DNA of 41,381 bases from Candidatus Hadarchaeum sp. (GCA_020725895.1 DYTO01000005.1:1200-42580), one strand, 5' to 3'; shown: positions 8,713 to 18,635, numbered from the stretch's first letter. Made by a program: numbers and translations. Notes: a model not told the origin generated them from the letters alone.

Positions 8713-10146
8713 TCAATAGGTCTTCGCGACGAGAACGCTCGTCTTCGCATTCTTGGAACACACGGGGCACTTCCCCAACACTGGCTTCGCATCCTCGAAC
8801 TCCTCTCCGAGAACACTCCCACCGAGATCGTCACCCATCTTCTCCCCGCAAGTCGCAACCCCGCACCAGAGCATCCTCACAATCCCGCCGTGTTTCTCCA
8901 ACAGACCCTTCGCTTCCTCGATAGATCCCGCGTCTTTGATCGATTCCCTGAAACTCTTCCACGCCCTCTCGCGCAAATCCTTCTCGATCTCATCCAGCGC
9001 CTTCTCGACAGTCTTCGCCAGACCTTTCATCGGCACCGCCTGCTTCTTCCCGGTGTCCCTTCGCACGATCATGACCTGCTTCTTCTTCACATCCTCGGGC
9101 CCGATCTCGACCCTCAGCGGCACGCCACGCCTCTCCCAGTAGTAATACTTGCTGCCTGGCCGAATGTCCCTATCATCGAGGTGGACCTTCACGCAAGCGG
9201 CCTCGAGCTCATTCTTCACAGATTTAACAATTTCATCAATCGAAACGTCACTCTCCTTGTAAGGAATTGGGACAATGACGATCTGAATCGGCGCGACTTT
9301 CGGCGGCAGGCATAGCCCTGAGTCGTCGCCGTGCGCCATCATTATCGCCGCTATCGCCCTCTCCGAAATCCCGTAGCATGTCTGGTAAACGTGCTCGTGG
9401 CCGCCGACCTTGTTCTCGTACTTCAGGTTGTAGACTTTCGCGAAGTTCTGCCCGAGGTTGTGCACCGTGCCTATCTGAAGCGTCTTCCCGTCCGGGGCCA
9501 ACGTGTCGAAAGCTACCGAGTAGTCGGCGCCGGCGAAAGTGTCCCAGGGCGGGCGCTTCGATATCGTGTAGGGTATGCCGAGCTCGTCGAAGAACTCCTT
9601 GTACATCTTGACCGCCTCCTGCACCTGCGCCTCGGCCTCATCAGCCGTTGCGTGCGCCGTGTGCGCCTCCTTGAAAGTCGTCACCTCGCGCAGCCTGATG
9701 AGCGGCTTCGTCATCTTCGTCTCGTAGCGGAATATGTTGACGACCTGGAAGACCTTCAGCGGCAAGTCGGTGTGCGCGCGGATCCAGAGCGAGAACATCG
9801 GGTATATCGAGGTCTCTGAAGTCGGTCTCAGAGCGAGCCTGACGTCGAGCTTGTCGTGCCCGCCGTGCGTCACCCAGTATACCTGCCCCTCGAAGCCTCG
9901 GATGTGGTCCGCCTCCTTCTTGAAGAGCGTCTCCGGGATCAGAAGCGGGAATAGGACTTCCTGGTGCCCGCTCCGCTCGAGCAGGCCCATCAGAATCGAA
10001 AGCGCGGAGTTTCGCAGCTTCAGCCCGTAAGGCAGCCAGACGTACAGCCCCTTGACGGGGTAGCGGGTCTCCATTATGTCCGCTGTCCCGACGATGTCGT
10101 TGAACCACTCGCTGAAATTCTTGCTCCACTGCTCTCGTTTCACCAA
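8713..10146 (-). CDS. proS: Proline--tRNA ligase, archaeal/eukaryotic type
   Basis: 477 aa. FSEWFNDIVGTADIMETRYPVKGLYVWLPYG, FRYETKMTKPLIRLREV, the C-terminal zinc-binding CGVATCGEK...CPVC and the terminal Tyr are all present. Confidence 0.95.
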   Translation of the reverse strand: MVKREQWSKNFSEWFNDIVGTADIMETRYPVKGLYVWLPYGLKLRNSALSILMGLLERSGHQEVLFPLLIPETLFKKEADHIRGFEGQVYWVTHGGHDKLDVRLALRPTSETSIYPMFSLWIRAHTDLPLKVFQVVNIFRYETKMTKPLIRLREVTTFKEAHTAHATADEAEAQVQEAVKMYKEFFDELGIPYTISKRPPWDTFAGADYSVAFDTLAPDGKTLQIGTVHNLGQNFAKVYNLKYENKVGGHEHVYQTCYGISERAIAAIMMAHGDDSGLCLPPKVAPIQIVIVPIPYKESDVSIDEIVKSVKNELEAACVKVHLDDRDIRPGSKYYYWERRGVPLRVEIGPEDVKKKQVMIVRRDTGKKQAVPMKGLAKTVEKALDEIEKDLRERAWKSFRESIKDAGSIEEAKGLLEKHGGIVRMLWCGVATCGEKMGDDLGGSVLGEEFEDAKPVLGKCPVCSKNAKTSVLVAKTY

Positions 10147-10221
10147 ATCACCTTGCTAATATTTCCAGACAAACTTAAGAATACCTTATTTTAAACTCGA
10201 TTCCAATTGGTATGTGTGCGC

Positions 10222-12300
10222 ATGAAAAACGTCAAGCAAGTAAAAAGTCTGTTAAGGTTCCCGAAAATGAACCGCAGAGCATGGATCTTCTTGGGCATTC
10301 TGTTTGCGATAATCGCTGGCGCGCTGGTCATCAGGCTGTCCGTGACTCTGGGCTACGGGTTGCCGCTTGGCAGGGATGGGCCATACCACCTATACAACGT
10401 CGACTATCTGATAGACCACTACCCGTTCCTCCAGGTTTCCGACCCGCCAGTGTTCTTCCACTTCGCGGCGATTTTCTCCGCCGCCTTGACGCCCCTTGGG
10501 GTTTCCCTTCTGACGTCGTTCAACATCACGACGGCCGTTGCATCCGCGATCGTCGTCCCGACAACTTTCTTCATGATGCGCAAACTCACGAAACACACCG
10601 TGGTATCCCTCGCGGCCGCCTTTTTCGCGGCCTTCGTCCCGGCCAGCTTCAGGATTTTCGGCGAGCTGCAAAAGAACGCGTTCGGTGTCTCACTGGTACC
10701 ACTCGCGGTCCTGTTCTTCTGGAAAGGGACAGAGAGCAGGAAGAAACTGGACCTCGCCGTCGCCGGGATAATACTCGGCGTGGTCGGGCTGACGCACGAG
10801 CTGGCGTTCGGGACTTTGGTAATCGCATACATCTCGTATCTGTCTTTCCTGCTCGCGCACGGCAGGCGCATCCCGTGGCAAGAAATCAAGTGCATTGCCG
10901 TGGTCGCCATTTTCGCTGCGATGGTCTGCGGTTACTTCTACACGGCGAAAATCAGCACGATCGGGGATCTCGCCGGGAGCCAGTCGTCTTTTTCCCTGCA
11001 GGGTGAAAATCAACAGGCACCGCAGGACCAGCTGCAGAAGGATAACCAGGTTTACCAATACTACGCCGAATACATCGGGCAACCAATGCTTGTCCTGGCA
11101 ATAATCGGGGCGGGGGTTGGGTTGCATCGCAGAAGAAAGTCGGACTTTTTCCTTCTGGCATGGCTGATCAGCGCCTTCGTCATGGCGCAGCCGTGGGTGA
11201 TCCAAGGCTACCAGTGGAGGTTTGTTTTGATGCTCGCAACGCCTGTCGCGCTTTTCGCCGCAATAGGCCTGATAGACGGGGCGGGGTACTTTTTCCGGGG
11301 CATCTCTGAAAGAATTGGTTCGACTTTTAATGAATTCAAAAAACATGCGCCAACTGTCGGGCGCGTCGCTTTGCTTATTCTTGTCTTCGCGGTTGTGGTC
11401 CAACAAAGCAACGCATCTAACACCTATGCCTGGACAGGGGAGATGCTACAGCCCACCATAAGCATGGAGGAATACAATTCGCTCGTCGATTTCCAACATC
11501 AGTTCGGGGGCGTCTACGTCTTCAGAGCCGGGGTCAAGATCTACTGGCCCGACGCAGTCGGGTTGAAGGCGGACATCGCCGGCGGGGACACGATTTCCAA
11601 CCTCTCCCAAAAATTCGAAATGCAATCTCAATATTCCGCTGCACAGATTGCGACAGAGTGGTACAATGTGCAGCAGCAATTGGGAGAAAACGTCTATGCT
11701 GTGAGATCGACAATGTGTCAGCGCGGTCAAATCCTGGACAACAGCGAGTTTTTCACCCCTGTATTCAGCGGCACCGCTCTGAAAGCATACTCATTGAAAG
11801 AGAATTACTCGCCTTCTGAAAATTATATTTCACAAACGTCGTTTTCTTCGGACGATGGGCAGGTACTTTTCCAAGAAACGCAAACTGGCAGTGACGACCC
11901 GGCCGCTCTGAAAGTGTTTTTCGCACCGGTCTATTTGTTGGGCGGCTCGGCGAGGTTCATCGGAGTGCCGCTCACCGTACTGGTATGGGTCTTTATCTCA
12001 TGCCTGGCCTGGGAATTCATCAGGAAAACATCTTGGGGTTCCGAAAAATTCAGGAAAATTTTCGTATTCTGCTTGGTCGGGTTGCTTGCATTCGCTTCAT
12101 TTGCTTTCGTTGGCGTTTCTGACGGAATGGCTGGGCAGCCATCGCAAAACCAGCCCCCGCCCGGACAGCGGCCACCGCAAGGAGGGCAGCCTCCATCGGG
12201 TGGGCCTTCTTTTCAGATGAGTGGATCGATATTCAACAACCTGTCAAACACAAGTGATTTATTTGGGGAAAAACGATTTTCATCGGTGGGGGGTGCATGA
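10222..12300 (+). CDS. Large polytopic membrane protein, probably a GT-C fold glycosyltransferase distantly STT3/AglB-like
   Basis: There are at least 10 predicted TM helices. The first loop, GRDGPYHLYNVDYLIDHYPFLQVSDPP, resembles the AglB EL1 (DPxYH...P...D). A soluble domain follows, with a degenerate block VFRAGVKIYWPDAVGL where WWDYG would lie. Two extra C-terminal TM helices and a P/Q/G-rich tail follow. Start alternatives are 10207 (TTG) and 10267 (ATG). Confidence 0.5.
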   Translation: MKNVKQVKSLLRFPKMNRRAWIFLGILFAIIAGALVIRLSVTLGYGLPLGRDGPYHLYNVDYLIDHYPFLQVSDPPVFFHFAAIFSAALTPLGVSLLTSFNITTAVASAIVVPTTFFMMRKLTKHTVVSLAAAFFAAFVPASFRIFGELQKNAFGVSLVPLAVLFFWKGTESRKKLDLAVAGIILGVVGLTHELAFGTLVIAYISYLSFLLAHGRRIPWQEIKCIAVVAIFAAMVCGYFYTAKISTIGDLAGSQSSFSLQGENQQAPQDQLQKDNQVYQYYAEYIGQPMLVLAIIGAGVGLHRRRKSDFFLLAWLISAFVMAQPWVIQGYQWRFVLMLATPVALFAAIGLIDGAGYFFRGISERIGSTFNEFKKHAPTVGRVALLILVFAVVVQQSNASNTYAWTGEMLQPTISMEEYNSLVDFQHQFGGVYVFRAGVKIYWPDAVGLKADIAGGDTISNLSQKFEMQSQYSAAQIATEWYNVQQQLGENVYAVRSTMCQRGQILDNSEFFTPVFSGTALKAYSLKENYSPSENYISQTSFSSDDGQVLFQETQTGSDDPAALKVFFAPVYLLGGSARFIGVPLTVLVWVFISCLAWEFIRKTSWGSEKFRKIFVFCLVGLLAFASFAFVGVSDGMAGQPSQNQPPPGQRPPQGGQPPSGGPSFQMSGSIFNNLSNTSDLFGEKRFSSVGGA

Positions 12301-13073
12301 AAAACACGTTGCTTTCGCCGGCCTTGATTGTAATCGTCCTCCTCGCATCCGCGGCGTTCGTCGTCATCTCAATCGCATATACTATTGAGAACGTGCAGGA
12401 CAACTTGCCTGGAAACTTGGGCGCTGGCGAAAATCTCGTCGGCTACTGGAAGTTCGATGACAACGCGGGCGGCATCGCCACGGACAACTCCGGTGGCGGG
12501 AATAACGGTACGATTTATGGCACCGCACTCGCCGACGGAAAATTTGACAACGCATTCCACTTCAACGGAACCAGCGATTATGTCGAGGTGCCAAATAACC
12601 CTTCGTTGGAATTTGACGAGTTGACCTGGGTCGCTTGGGTGAAAATGGACGCGATGAACGTGACAAACGGGATACTCAGCAAATCTTTCGTCGGTGACGT
12701 GGTTGGCGAATGGGGCGGATTTGTATCCGGGGCGGACACGGAAATAACGGCCGACACGGCGCCTTATCGGGCGAAATTCTTTGCCTCGACGAGCTCTGGT
12801 AGATCGACGATATACGGGGAGACAAATCTGTCAACGGGCAATTGGTACCATCTGGCTGGGACTTACGATGGAGCCAAAATCAGGATTTACGTCAACGGCG
12901 TTAAAGACGGCGAAACCGCGCTGTCCGGAGCCCTGCATGTCGACATGCCCCTGTGGATCGGGCGCGGTGCAAAATTATTTTACTTGTCGGGGGCGCTCGA
13001 CGAAGTCAGGCTATACAACTATGCCTTGAGCGATAGTGAGATACAGCAACTTGTGATGGCCGTGCCGATCTGA
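12297..13073 (+). CDS. Membrane-anchored or secreted LamG (concanavalin A-like lectin/glucanase, Laminin_G_3) domain protein
   Basis: It has an N-terminal hydrophobic anchor. GYWKFDDNAGGIATDNSGGGNNGTIYG...FDNAFHFNGTSDYVEVPNNPSL...WVAWVK...WYHLAGTYDG...IRIYVNG...LDEVRLYNYALSDSEI is the classic LamG_3 signature. An ATGA overlap links it to the upstream gene. Confidence 0.8.
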   Translation: MKNTLLSPALIVIVLLASAAFVVISIAYTIENVQDNLPGNLGAGENLVGYWKFDDNAGGIATDNSGGGNNGTIYGTALADGKFDNAFHFNGTSDYVEVPNNPSLEFDELTWVAWVKMDAMNVTNGILSKSFVGDVVGEWGGFVSGADTEITADTAPYRAKFFASTSSGRSTIYGETNLSTGNWYHLAGTYDGAKIRIYVNGVKDGETALSGALHVDMPLWIGRGAKLFYLSGALDEVRLYNYALSDSEIQQLVMAVPI

Positions 13074-14141
13074 TCACAGATAAGTCAGCATCTCGCGGCC
13101 ACCCCTCTTGACCAGGACCATGTCCTCCCAGCGGGCACCTCCGACTTTCGGCACGTACGCCCCTGGCTCGACGGTTATCACCATGTTGGCCTTCAGGACA
13201 TCTTTCGACTCTGGCCACAGGGATGGCGGCTCGTGTATCTCTATGCCGACGCCGTGCCCAGTGCCGTGCGAGAAAAACTTGGAATAACCCGCCCTTGAAA
13301 CAAAGTTCCTCGCCGCGAAATCGACTTCGCGGGCCGGGACGCCATCTTTGACCCTTGCGATTCCAGCGGCCTGCGCTTTTTTGACAGCTTCCAGCAGCCT
13401 GCTCTGCGCTTTCGTCGGCTCTATCGCAAAAGTCCTCGTCATGTCCGAAGAGTAGCCTTCGTAGACCGCGCCTATGTCCACGACCACCAGCTCATGCGAG
13501 CGGAGCTTCTTGAAAGTCGCGAAAGCGTGGGGCAGCGCAGAATTCGCACCAGACGCGACGATAGACGGGAACGAAACCCCCTCGGAGCCAGCCTTTCTCA
13601 TGACGTACTCGGCCTCGGCCGCGATCTCTATCTCTGTCCTACCCGCCTCGATCAGCTCGGACGCCCTCTTCATGCCTTTCGAAACTATCTCGGCTGACCT
13701 TCTCGCCAACTTCAACTCCTCGGGTGACTTTACGCTCCGGGCCTCGGGCACGAGCTCTGGCATCTCGGAATAGCTCGCGTGCCGAACGTTCCGTATCTTC
13801 CTTATCAACGACTTGCTTGCGCGATCGTAACCGACTGAGTGGGCCCCGAAGTCGCGGACGCAATCTGCGATTATCATCCAGGCGTCCCTGAAGTGGACGC
13901 GCTCGCCCGGCCGGAGTGGCGCCTTCCAGCCAGAGTATGCGCGGACGTCCTTCACTCGACCTTTTTTGGCCTGGTCCTGCTCGAGCCTGCTGCAGAGGAG
14001 CACCGGCTCGCCGCTCAGTGGGACTATCAACGCTTTCCCCGCCGTCGTGCCGGTGAAGTATCGTGTGTCCTGAAACGCGACGAAAACGTCCAGGCCACGC
14101 CTCCTCATCTCGCTTCTCAGCCTCTGGATTTGGTAGTTCAC
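13074..14141 (-). CDS. pepQ: M24B Xaa-Pro dipeptidase/aminopeptidase
   Basis: VVDIGAVYEGYSSDMTRTF, HGTGHGVGIEIHEPP, MVITVEPGAY and WEDMVLV are the metal ligands and blocks of the M24 family. I trimmed the start to GTG 14141 (or ATG 14108) because the 14297 start would run across the divergent gene. Confidence 0.85.
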   Translation of the reverse strand: MNYQIQRLRSEMRRRGLDVFVAFQDTRYFTGTTAGKALIVPLSGEPVLLCSRLEQDQAKKGRVKDVRAYSGWKAPLRPGERVHFRDAWMIIADCVRDFGAHSVGYDRASKSLIRKIRNVRHASYSEMPELVPEARSVKSPEELKLARRSAEIVSKGMKRASELIEAGRTEIEIAAEAEYVMRKAGSEGVSFPSIVASGANSALPHAFATFKKLRSHELVVVDIGAVYEGYSSDMTRTFAIEPTKAQSRLLEAVKKAQAAGIARVKDGVPAREVDFAARNFVSRAGYSKFFSHGTGHGVGIEIHEPPSLWPESKDVLKANMVITVEPGAYVPKVGGARWEDMVLVKRGGREMLTYL

Positions 14142-14186
14142 GATCCACCAAACGAGCTTTAGGTTTGAAAGGTAAAAAGATGAGCG

Positions 14187-14729
14187 ATGAAATCCAAGAA
14201 GCTTGAACTCAGAGGACTGTACGACGAGACAGCTGGTTTTTACGACCACCGCTACACGGAGATACAGCGGCAAAAATATTCGGCTGTTATAAAACATCTG
14301 CCGTCGCGATTTGGCAGAGCCCTAGATGTTGGCTGCGGGACCGGGCTTTTCCTCGATGAGCTGCGAAGGCGCGCGCGATTCGTCGTTGGGGTTGACATCT
14401 CCGAGAAAATGCTCAATGTCGCTCAGGGCCGTGGCTCGGGCGCCGGACTTTTGCTGGCGGATGCCGAATCGCTGCCTTTCAAAGACCAAACTTTCGATTG
14501 CGTAATTTCCGTCACTCTCTTGCAAAACGTCCCGTCCCCCGAAAATGCGGTCGCAGAATTCATGCGGATATTGAAAAACCACGGGCTGGTTGTCTATACC
14601 TCGCTCAAGCGCAAACACTCGGCCGAACAAATGCGTGGCTGGGCAGTAGGTTCCGGGTTGAAAGTCGAGGAATGCGTGGAAATCGAAGACAGCGAGGACA
14701 TTATGTGTGTCACGCGCCGCCAAAGCTAA
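14187..14729 (+). CDS. Class I SAM-dependent methyltransferase
   Basis: Motif I is ALDVGCGTGLF. Post-I is GVDISEKM. ADAESLPFKDQTFDCV is also present. 180 aa. Confidence 0.8.
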   Translation: MKSKKLELRGLYDETAGFYDHRYTEIQRQKYSAVIKHLPSRFGRALDVGCGTGLFLDELRRRARFVVGVDISEKMLNVAQGRGSGAGLLLADAESLPFKDQTFDCVISVTLLQNVPSPENAVAEFMRILKNHGLVVYTSLKRKHSAEQMRGWAVGSGLKVEECVEIEDSEDIMCVTRRQS

Positions 14730-14767
14730 ATCTTAAACCAACCAGAAAAAGTAATGTCGGTGACGAA

Positions 14768-15562
14768 GTGATTCCGGAAAGAAAAAAACTGAGGGCGGCG
14801 AAGCGAATCGTTATCAAGATCGGGACCAAAAGCCTGACCGGGGACAATTCCAAGCTTGACCAGAAGAAAGTTGGAAAATTCGTCTCTGATATCATGGCCC
14901 TCAGAAAGCTCGGCAAGGAAGTTTTGATAGTCACGTCTGGGGCTATCGGTGCCGGGGTTGGCAGGCTTGGCCTCCCGAAGCGCCCGAAACAGCTGCCAGC
15001 CCTGCAAGCGGCTGCAGCCGTGGGGCAGGTGAAGTTGATGGAAGTTTACGAAAAGAATTTCGGTGCGCACAACCAGACGATTTCACAGCTGCTCCTATCC
15101 TCGGAGGACTTCACCGACCCGACCAGATACAACAATTTCAAGAACACGCTTTCAACACTCCTACAATGGGGTGTCATCCCGATCATAAACGAGAACGACA
15201 CGGTGGCGACAGACGAGATAAGAGTAGGCGACAACGACGTCCTCTCCGCCTATGTTGCGAAGGGCGCGAAAGTAGGCCTGCTCATACTCCTGAGCGACAT
15301 CCACGGTCTTTACGATGGCTCACCAACTGACGGGGAGAGTGTGATGATCCCGCTGGTCAGGCGAGTTACACCAAAAATCGAGAGGTCTGTGCTGAAAAGC
15401 TCCGGAGGTTTCGGAGGGATGTTCACGAAAGTTCAGGCGGCGCGAATGGCATCGGAAGCCGGGATACCAGTGGTAATCGCAAACGCGCGCGCAAAAGATG
15501 TTCTCATGCGCATAATCGAGGGCGAAGAAGTCGGGACGCTCTTTCTGCCGAGGGGAGACTGA
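14768..15562 (+). CDS. proB: Glutamate 5-kinase, short form without a PUA domain
   Basis: RIVIKIGTKSLT, IVTSGAIGAG, NENDTVATDEIRVGDND and GGMFTKVQAARMA are amino-acid-kinase/ProB blocks. The longer ORF from 14498 overlaps the methyltransferase, so GTG 14768 is the first plausible start after its stop. Confidence 0.85.
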   Translation: MIPERKKLRAAKRIVIKIGTKSLTGDNSKLDQKKVGKFVSDIMALRKLGKEVLIVTSGAIGAGVGRLGLPKRPKQLPALQAAAAVGQVKLMEVYEKNFGAHNQTISQLLLSSEDFTDPTRYNNFKNTLSTLLQWGVIPIINENDTVATDEIRVGDNDVLSAYVAKGAKVGLLILLSDIHGLYDGSPTDGESVMIPLVRRVTPKIERSVLKSSGGFGGMFTKVQAARMASEAGIPVVIANARAKDVLMRIIEGEEVGTLFLPRGD

Positions 15563-16881
15563 TGAGCAAGGTCCTGGCCAAGGCACGGGAGGCGCGAGAG
15601 GCTTCTTTGAAACTCGCGAACGTTCCGGAGAAGACCAGGAATTCCGCCCTTGCGCAAGTCGCGATATCAATTGTGAAAAACAAGGGCAAGATACTAGAGG
15701 CGAACGCGAAAGACGTGCAAGCCGCTGAACTTCTCCACAAGCAGAAAAAAATCAGCTGGTCATTCCTTCAGCGGCTGAAGCTGAACGAGGACAAGGTAGG
15801 CAACATATCAAGGATGGTTGGGAGTGTCGCGAAGATGGAAGATTCGATAGGTAAGACAGTTTATGCGCTGCAAATGAACGATGGGCTCGAACTCTACAAA
15901 GTCACATGCCCGATCGGCGTGATTGGTTCCGTCTTTGAGGCCAGGCCCGACGTTCTTCCGCAGGTTTCTTCGCTTTGCTTGAAGTCGGCGAACGCGATAA
16001 TCTTGAAGGGCGGTAGCGAGGCCAAGAACACGAACCGCGCGTTCTATGGGCTGATTAGGAGAGAGACCGAAAACGCAGGGATACCAAATGGCTGGATCCA
16101 GATGATTGAGGGCCGTGAGGAAGTCAAAGAACTCCTGAAATTGAGCGACAAGATAGACTTGCTCCTGCCGCGCGGAAGTAAGGAGTTCATCACTTACATC
16201 CAAGAAAACACTCGCATCCCGGTCTTGGGGCATGCCGAGGGGATTTGCCACGTCTATGTCGATGCACATGCGGACTTGAAGCAGGCGATTGACGTAAGCT
16301 ATGATGCAAAGGTGCAATACCCTGCAGTATGCAACGCTGCCGAGACGCTGCTCGTGCACTCGAATATTGCTGCAGAATTCTTGCCCAAGATCGCGGAGAT
16401 GTACAGGAAGGCCGGAGTAGAGATGCGGGGCGACGAAAAAACCATGAAAATCTTGCCTTGGATAAAACGCGCGACGGAAGCCGACTGGAAGACGGAGTAC
16501 CTTGACCTGATAATCTCGATAAAGATCGTCGGCTCGGTTGACGAAGCCGTTGACCACGTGAACAAATACGGGTCCAAGCACACGGACTCTATAATCACGA
16601 ACGACAGGAAAACCGCGATGAGGTTCCTCACAGGGGTCGACTCATCCAGCGTGATGCTCAACGCCTCGACACGCTTCAGCGACGGGTACAGGTACGGGCT
16701 GGGCGCAGAGGTCGGGATAAGCACTGGAAAAATCCATGCCCGAGGGCCAGTCGGCCTCGAGGGCTTGACGACGACGAAATACTACGTCATCGGGAAAGGC
16801 CACAAGGTCGCCGATTACATCGGACCGAAAGCGAAAATGTTCACGCACAAGCCCCTGCACAAAAAGTGGAGTGAAAAATAA
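15562..16881 (+). CDS. proA: Glutamate-5-semialdehyde dehydrogenase (gamma-glutamyl phosphate reductase)
   Basis: 439 aa. PIGVIGSVFEARPDV, ILKGGSEA, VCNAAETLLVH and HTDSIIT...STRFSDGYRYGLGAEVGIST are ProA signatures. The start overlaps the proB stop (TGATG). Confidence 0.95.
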   Translation: MSKVLAKAREAREASLKLANVPEKTRNSALAQVAISIVKNKGKILEANAKDVQAAELLHKQKKISWSFLQRLKLNEDKVGNISRMVGSVAKMEDSIGKTVYALQMNDGLELYKVTCPIGVIGSVFEARPDVLPQVSSLCLKSANAIILKGGSEAKNTNRAFYGLIRRETENAGIPNGWIQMIEGREEVKELLKLSDKIDLLLPRGSKEFITYIQENTRIPVLGHAEGICHVYVDAHADLKQAIDVSYDAKVQYPAVCNAAETLLVHSNIAAEFLPKIAEMYRKAGVEMRGDEKTMKILPWIKRATEADWKTEYLDLIISIKIVGSVDEAVDHVNKYGSKHTDSIITNDRKTAMRFLTGVDSSSVMLNASTRFSDGYRYGLGAEVGISTGKIHARGPVGLEGLTTTKYYVIGKGHKVADYIGPKAKMFTHKPLHKKWSEK

Positions 16882-17370
16882 ATGAAACATTCCGAAGTTG
16901 TGGTCGGCGGGACTTTCGACTATCTTCACGACGGCCACAGGGCTCTGCTGGCGAAGGCCTTCGAGCTGGGGGAAACTGTGATGGTGGGGGTCTGCTCAGA
17001 CGAGATGCAGGAGATTTTAAGGAAGGACTCGGCGGGGATACAGCCCCTGGCCGTCAGGATGTGGTCTGTTCTGGATTTCCTGCAAAAGAAGGGATTTCTG
17101 AGCCGCACGAAAATAATCGTCCTTTCCGACCCGTTCGGCCCGGCGGCGGAAGACCGCGAGGCCAAGGCGATAGTCGTCAGCCCGGAGACGAAGGACGGGG
17201 CAAAGCAGCTGAACTCGATCCGGGTTTCCAAAGGGCTTACGCCTCTCGAGATTGTCGAGGTTCCTTTCGTCCTCGCTGAGGATCAAAGTCCAATCGCATC
17301 CATAAGGATCAGGTACGGCGAGATGGACGAACACGGGAAAATTTCATCTAAAACAACCGCAGCCCAGTAA
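16882..17370 (+). CDS. coaD: Phosphopantetheine adenylyltransferase, archaeal type (cytidylyltransferase fold)
   Basis: VVGGTFDYLHDGHRALL is the (H/T)xGH nucleotidyltransferase motif. The product is about 160 aa, and the ATG directly follows the proA TAA. It sits next to coaBC and pantoate kinase. Confidence 0.8.
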   Translation: MKHSEVVVGGTFDYLHDGHRALLAKAFELGETVMVGVCSDEMQEILRKDSAGIQPLAVRMWSVLDFLQKKGFLSRTKIIVLSDPFGPAAEDREAKAIVVSPETKDGAKQLNSIRVSKGLTPLEIVEVPFVLAEDQSPIASIRIRYGEMDEHGKISSKTTAAQ

Positions 17371-17417
17371 ATTCCAATATCATTTAAAGAAGGCGTGGGT
17401 TTAGTTAAGGGAACGAT

Positions 17418-18635
17418 ATGCATCCTTCTAAAGACATAAAAGGCACGAAAGGCGGAGGGCTGGAAGGTCGGAAGATAGTGCTCGGCATCACCAGCAGCGT
17501 TGCGGCCGTCAAGTCGCCGGAGCTCGCGCGGGAGCTCATGCGTCACGGGGCGGATGTCCAAGTAGTGATGACTCCGAACGCGACGGATTTGATAACTCCA
17601 CAGCTAATGCACTGGGCCACGGGCAACGAAGTCGTCACGGAGCTCACGGGTAAAATAGAACATATCGATCTCGCTCAATGGGCCGATTTGGTCATCGTCG
17701 CGCCGGCTACCGCGAACACCGTCAGCAAGATATCCTGGGCGGTTGACGACACGCCCGTGACCTCCGTGGTCTCTGTGGCGATGGGGCTGCTGAAGCCTGT
17801 CGTCCTCGTCCCAGCAATGCACGCTTCGATGTATAATGACAAGCTCTTCCAGGAAAGCCTCGAAAGGTTGAGAAAAGCTGGCGTTCATTTGCTCGAGCCG
17901 ATTTTCGAGGAGGAGAAGGCGAAGTTCCCCTCTGTTGAGAATGTTGTTAACAGGGTGCTCGAAATCCTCGGCCCAAAGGACATGGTGGGGGTGAAAGTCC
18001 TGATAACGGCGGGGCCGACAATCGAGCCTATAGACCCGGTCAAGCTCATCACGAACAGGAGTTCCGGAAAGATGGGGATCGCACTTGCGAGGGCCGCCTC
18101 CCTCAGGGGCGCATCCGTGACTTTGATTTACGGGCCTGGCGACGAAATTCCGCCTTCTAATGTTGAAACTATACGGGTCCAGACCACGCGGGAGATGAAG
18201 GATGCTTTCGACAAGGAGCTTGAGAAAAAGCCGGACGTGGTTGCAGCCGCGGCGGCACCGCAGGACTTTGTCGTCGAGTTCCCGAGCAAGGAAAAACTCA
18301 GGCACGCACACGAGATCATGCTGAAGCTGAAGCCTGCGCCTAGAATCCTAGATGATATCAGAAAGCGCGCGCCGAAAACTTTCGTGATAGGGTTCAAGGC
18401 GGAGTACGGGGTGAACGACGAGCAGCTTGTGGAGGCTGCGCGCAAAAAGCTCGGCGAGCACGAGCTGGACATGGTAGTGGCCAACGATGTCTCAAGGTCT
18501 GGCGCTGGTTTTGGGACAGAGACCAACGAAGTCATAATATTCACGCCTTCGAAGAGAGAAAAGATCCGCGACACGAAGGACGGGATAGCGCGGGCGATTC
18601 TTGATTTAGCTAAAAAAGATTCAAGGGCGAAGTAA
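17418..18635 (+). CDS. coaBC: Bifunctional phosphopantothenoylcysteine decarboxylase / phosphopantothenate-cysteine ligase
   Basis: The flavoprotein N-domain shows IVLGITSSVAAVKSPELAREL and PATANTVSKI. The CoaB C-domain shows VLITAGPTIEPIDPVKLITNRSSGKMG and VANDV. Confidence 0.9.
   Translation: MHPSKDIKGTKGGGLEGRKIVLGITSSVAAVKSPELARELMRHGADVQVVMTPNATDLITPQLMHWATGNEVVTELTGKIEHIDLAQWADLVIVAPATANTVSKISWAVDDTPVTSVVSVAMGLLKPVVLVPAMHASMYNDKLFQESLERLRKAGVHLLEPIFEEEKAKFPSVENVVNRVLEILGPKDMVGVKVLITAGPTIEPIDPVKLITNRSSGKMGIALARAASLRGASVTLIYGPGDEIPPSNVETIRVQTTREMKDAFDKELEKKPDVVAAAAAPQDFVVEFPSKEKLRHAHEIMLKLKPAPRILDDIRKRAPKTFVIGFKAEYGVNDEQLVEAARKKLGEHELDMVVANDVSRSGAGFGTETNEVIIFTPSKREKIRDTKDGIARAILDLAKKDSRAK

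Noticed and set aside
14142-14297. N-terminal extension of the M24 peptidase ORF (MFYNSRIFLPLYL...).
   Set aside because: It would overlap the divergent methyltransferase start (14187). The peptidase homology starts near NYQIQRLRSEMRRRGLD, so a GTG 14141 or ATG 14108 start is more plausible.
14498-14767. N-terminal 90-codon extension of the proB ORF.
   Set aside because: It overlaps the well-supported methyltransferase (14187-14729) in another frame, and its sequence has no kinase similarity. The ProB homology begins right after GTG 14768.
15808-16581. 257-aa minus-strand ORF inside proA. Similar long antisense ORFs occur at 6062-6712, 10690-11406, 17604-18311, 30166-30960 and 31706-32377.
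   Set aside because: All lie antisense to well-supported genes, have low-complexity Arg/Pro-rich translations and show no motif I recognise. I treat them as compositional artefacts.
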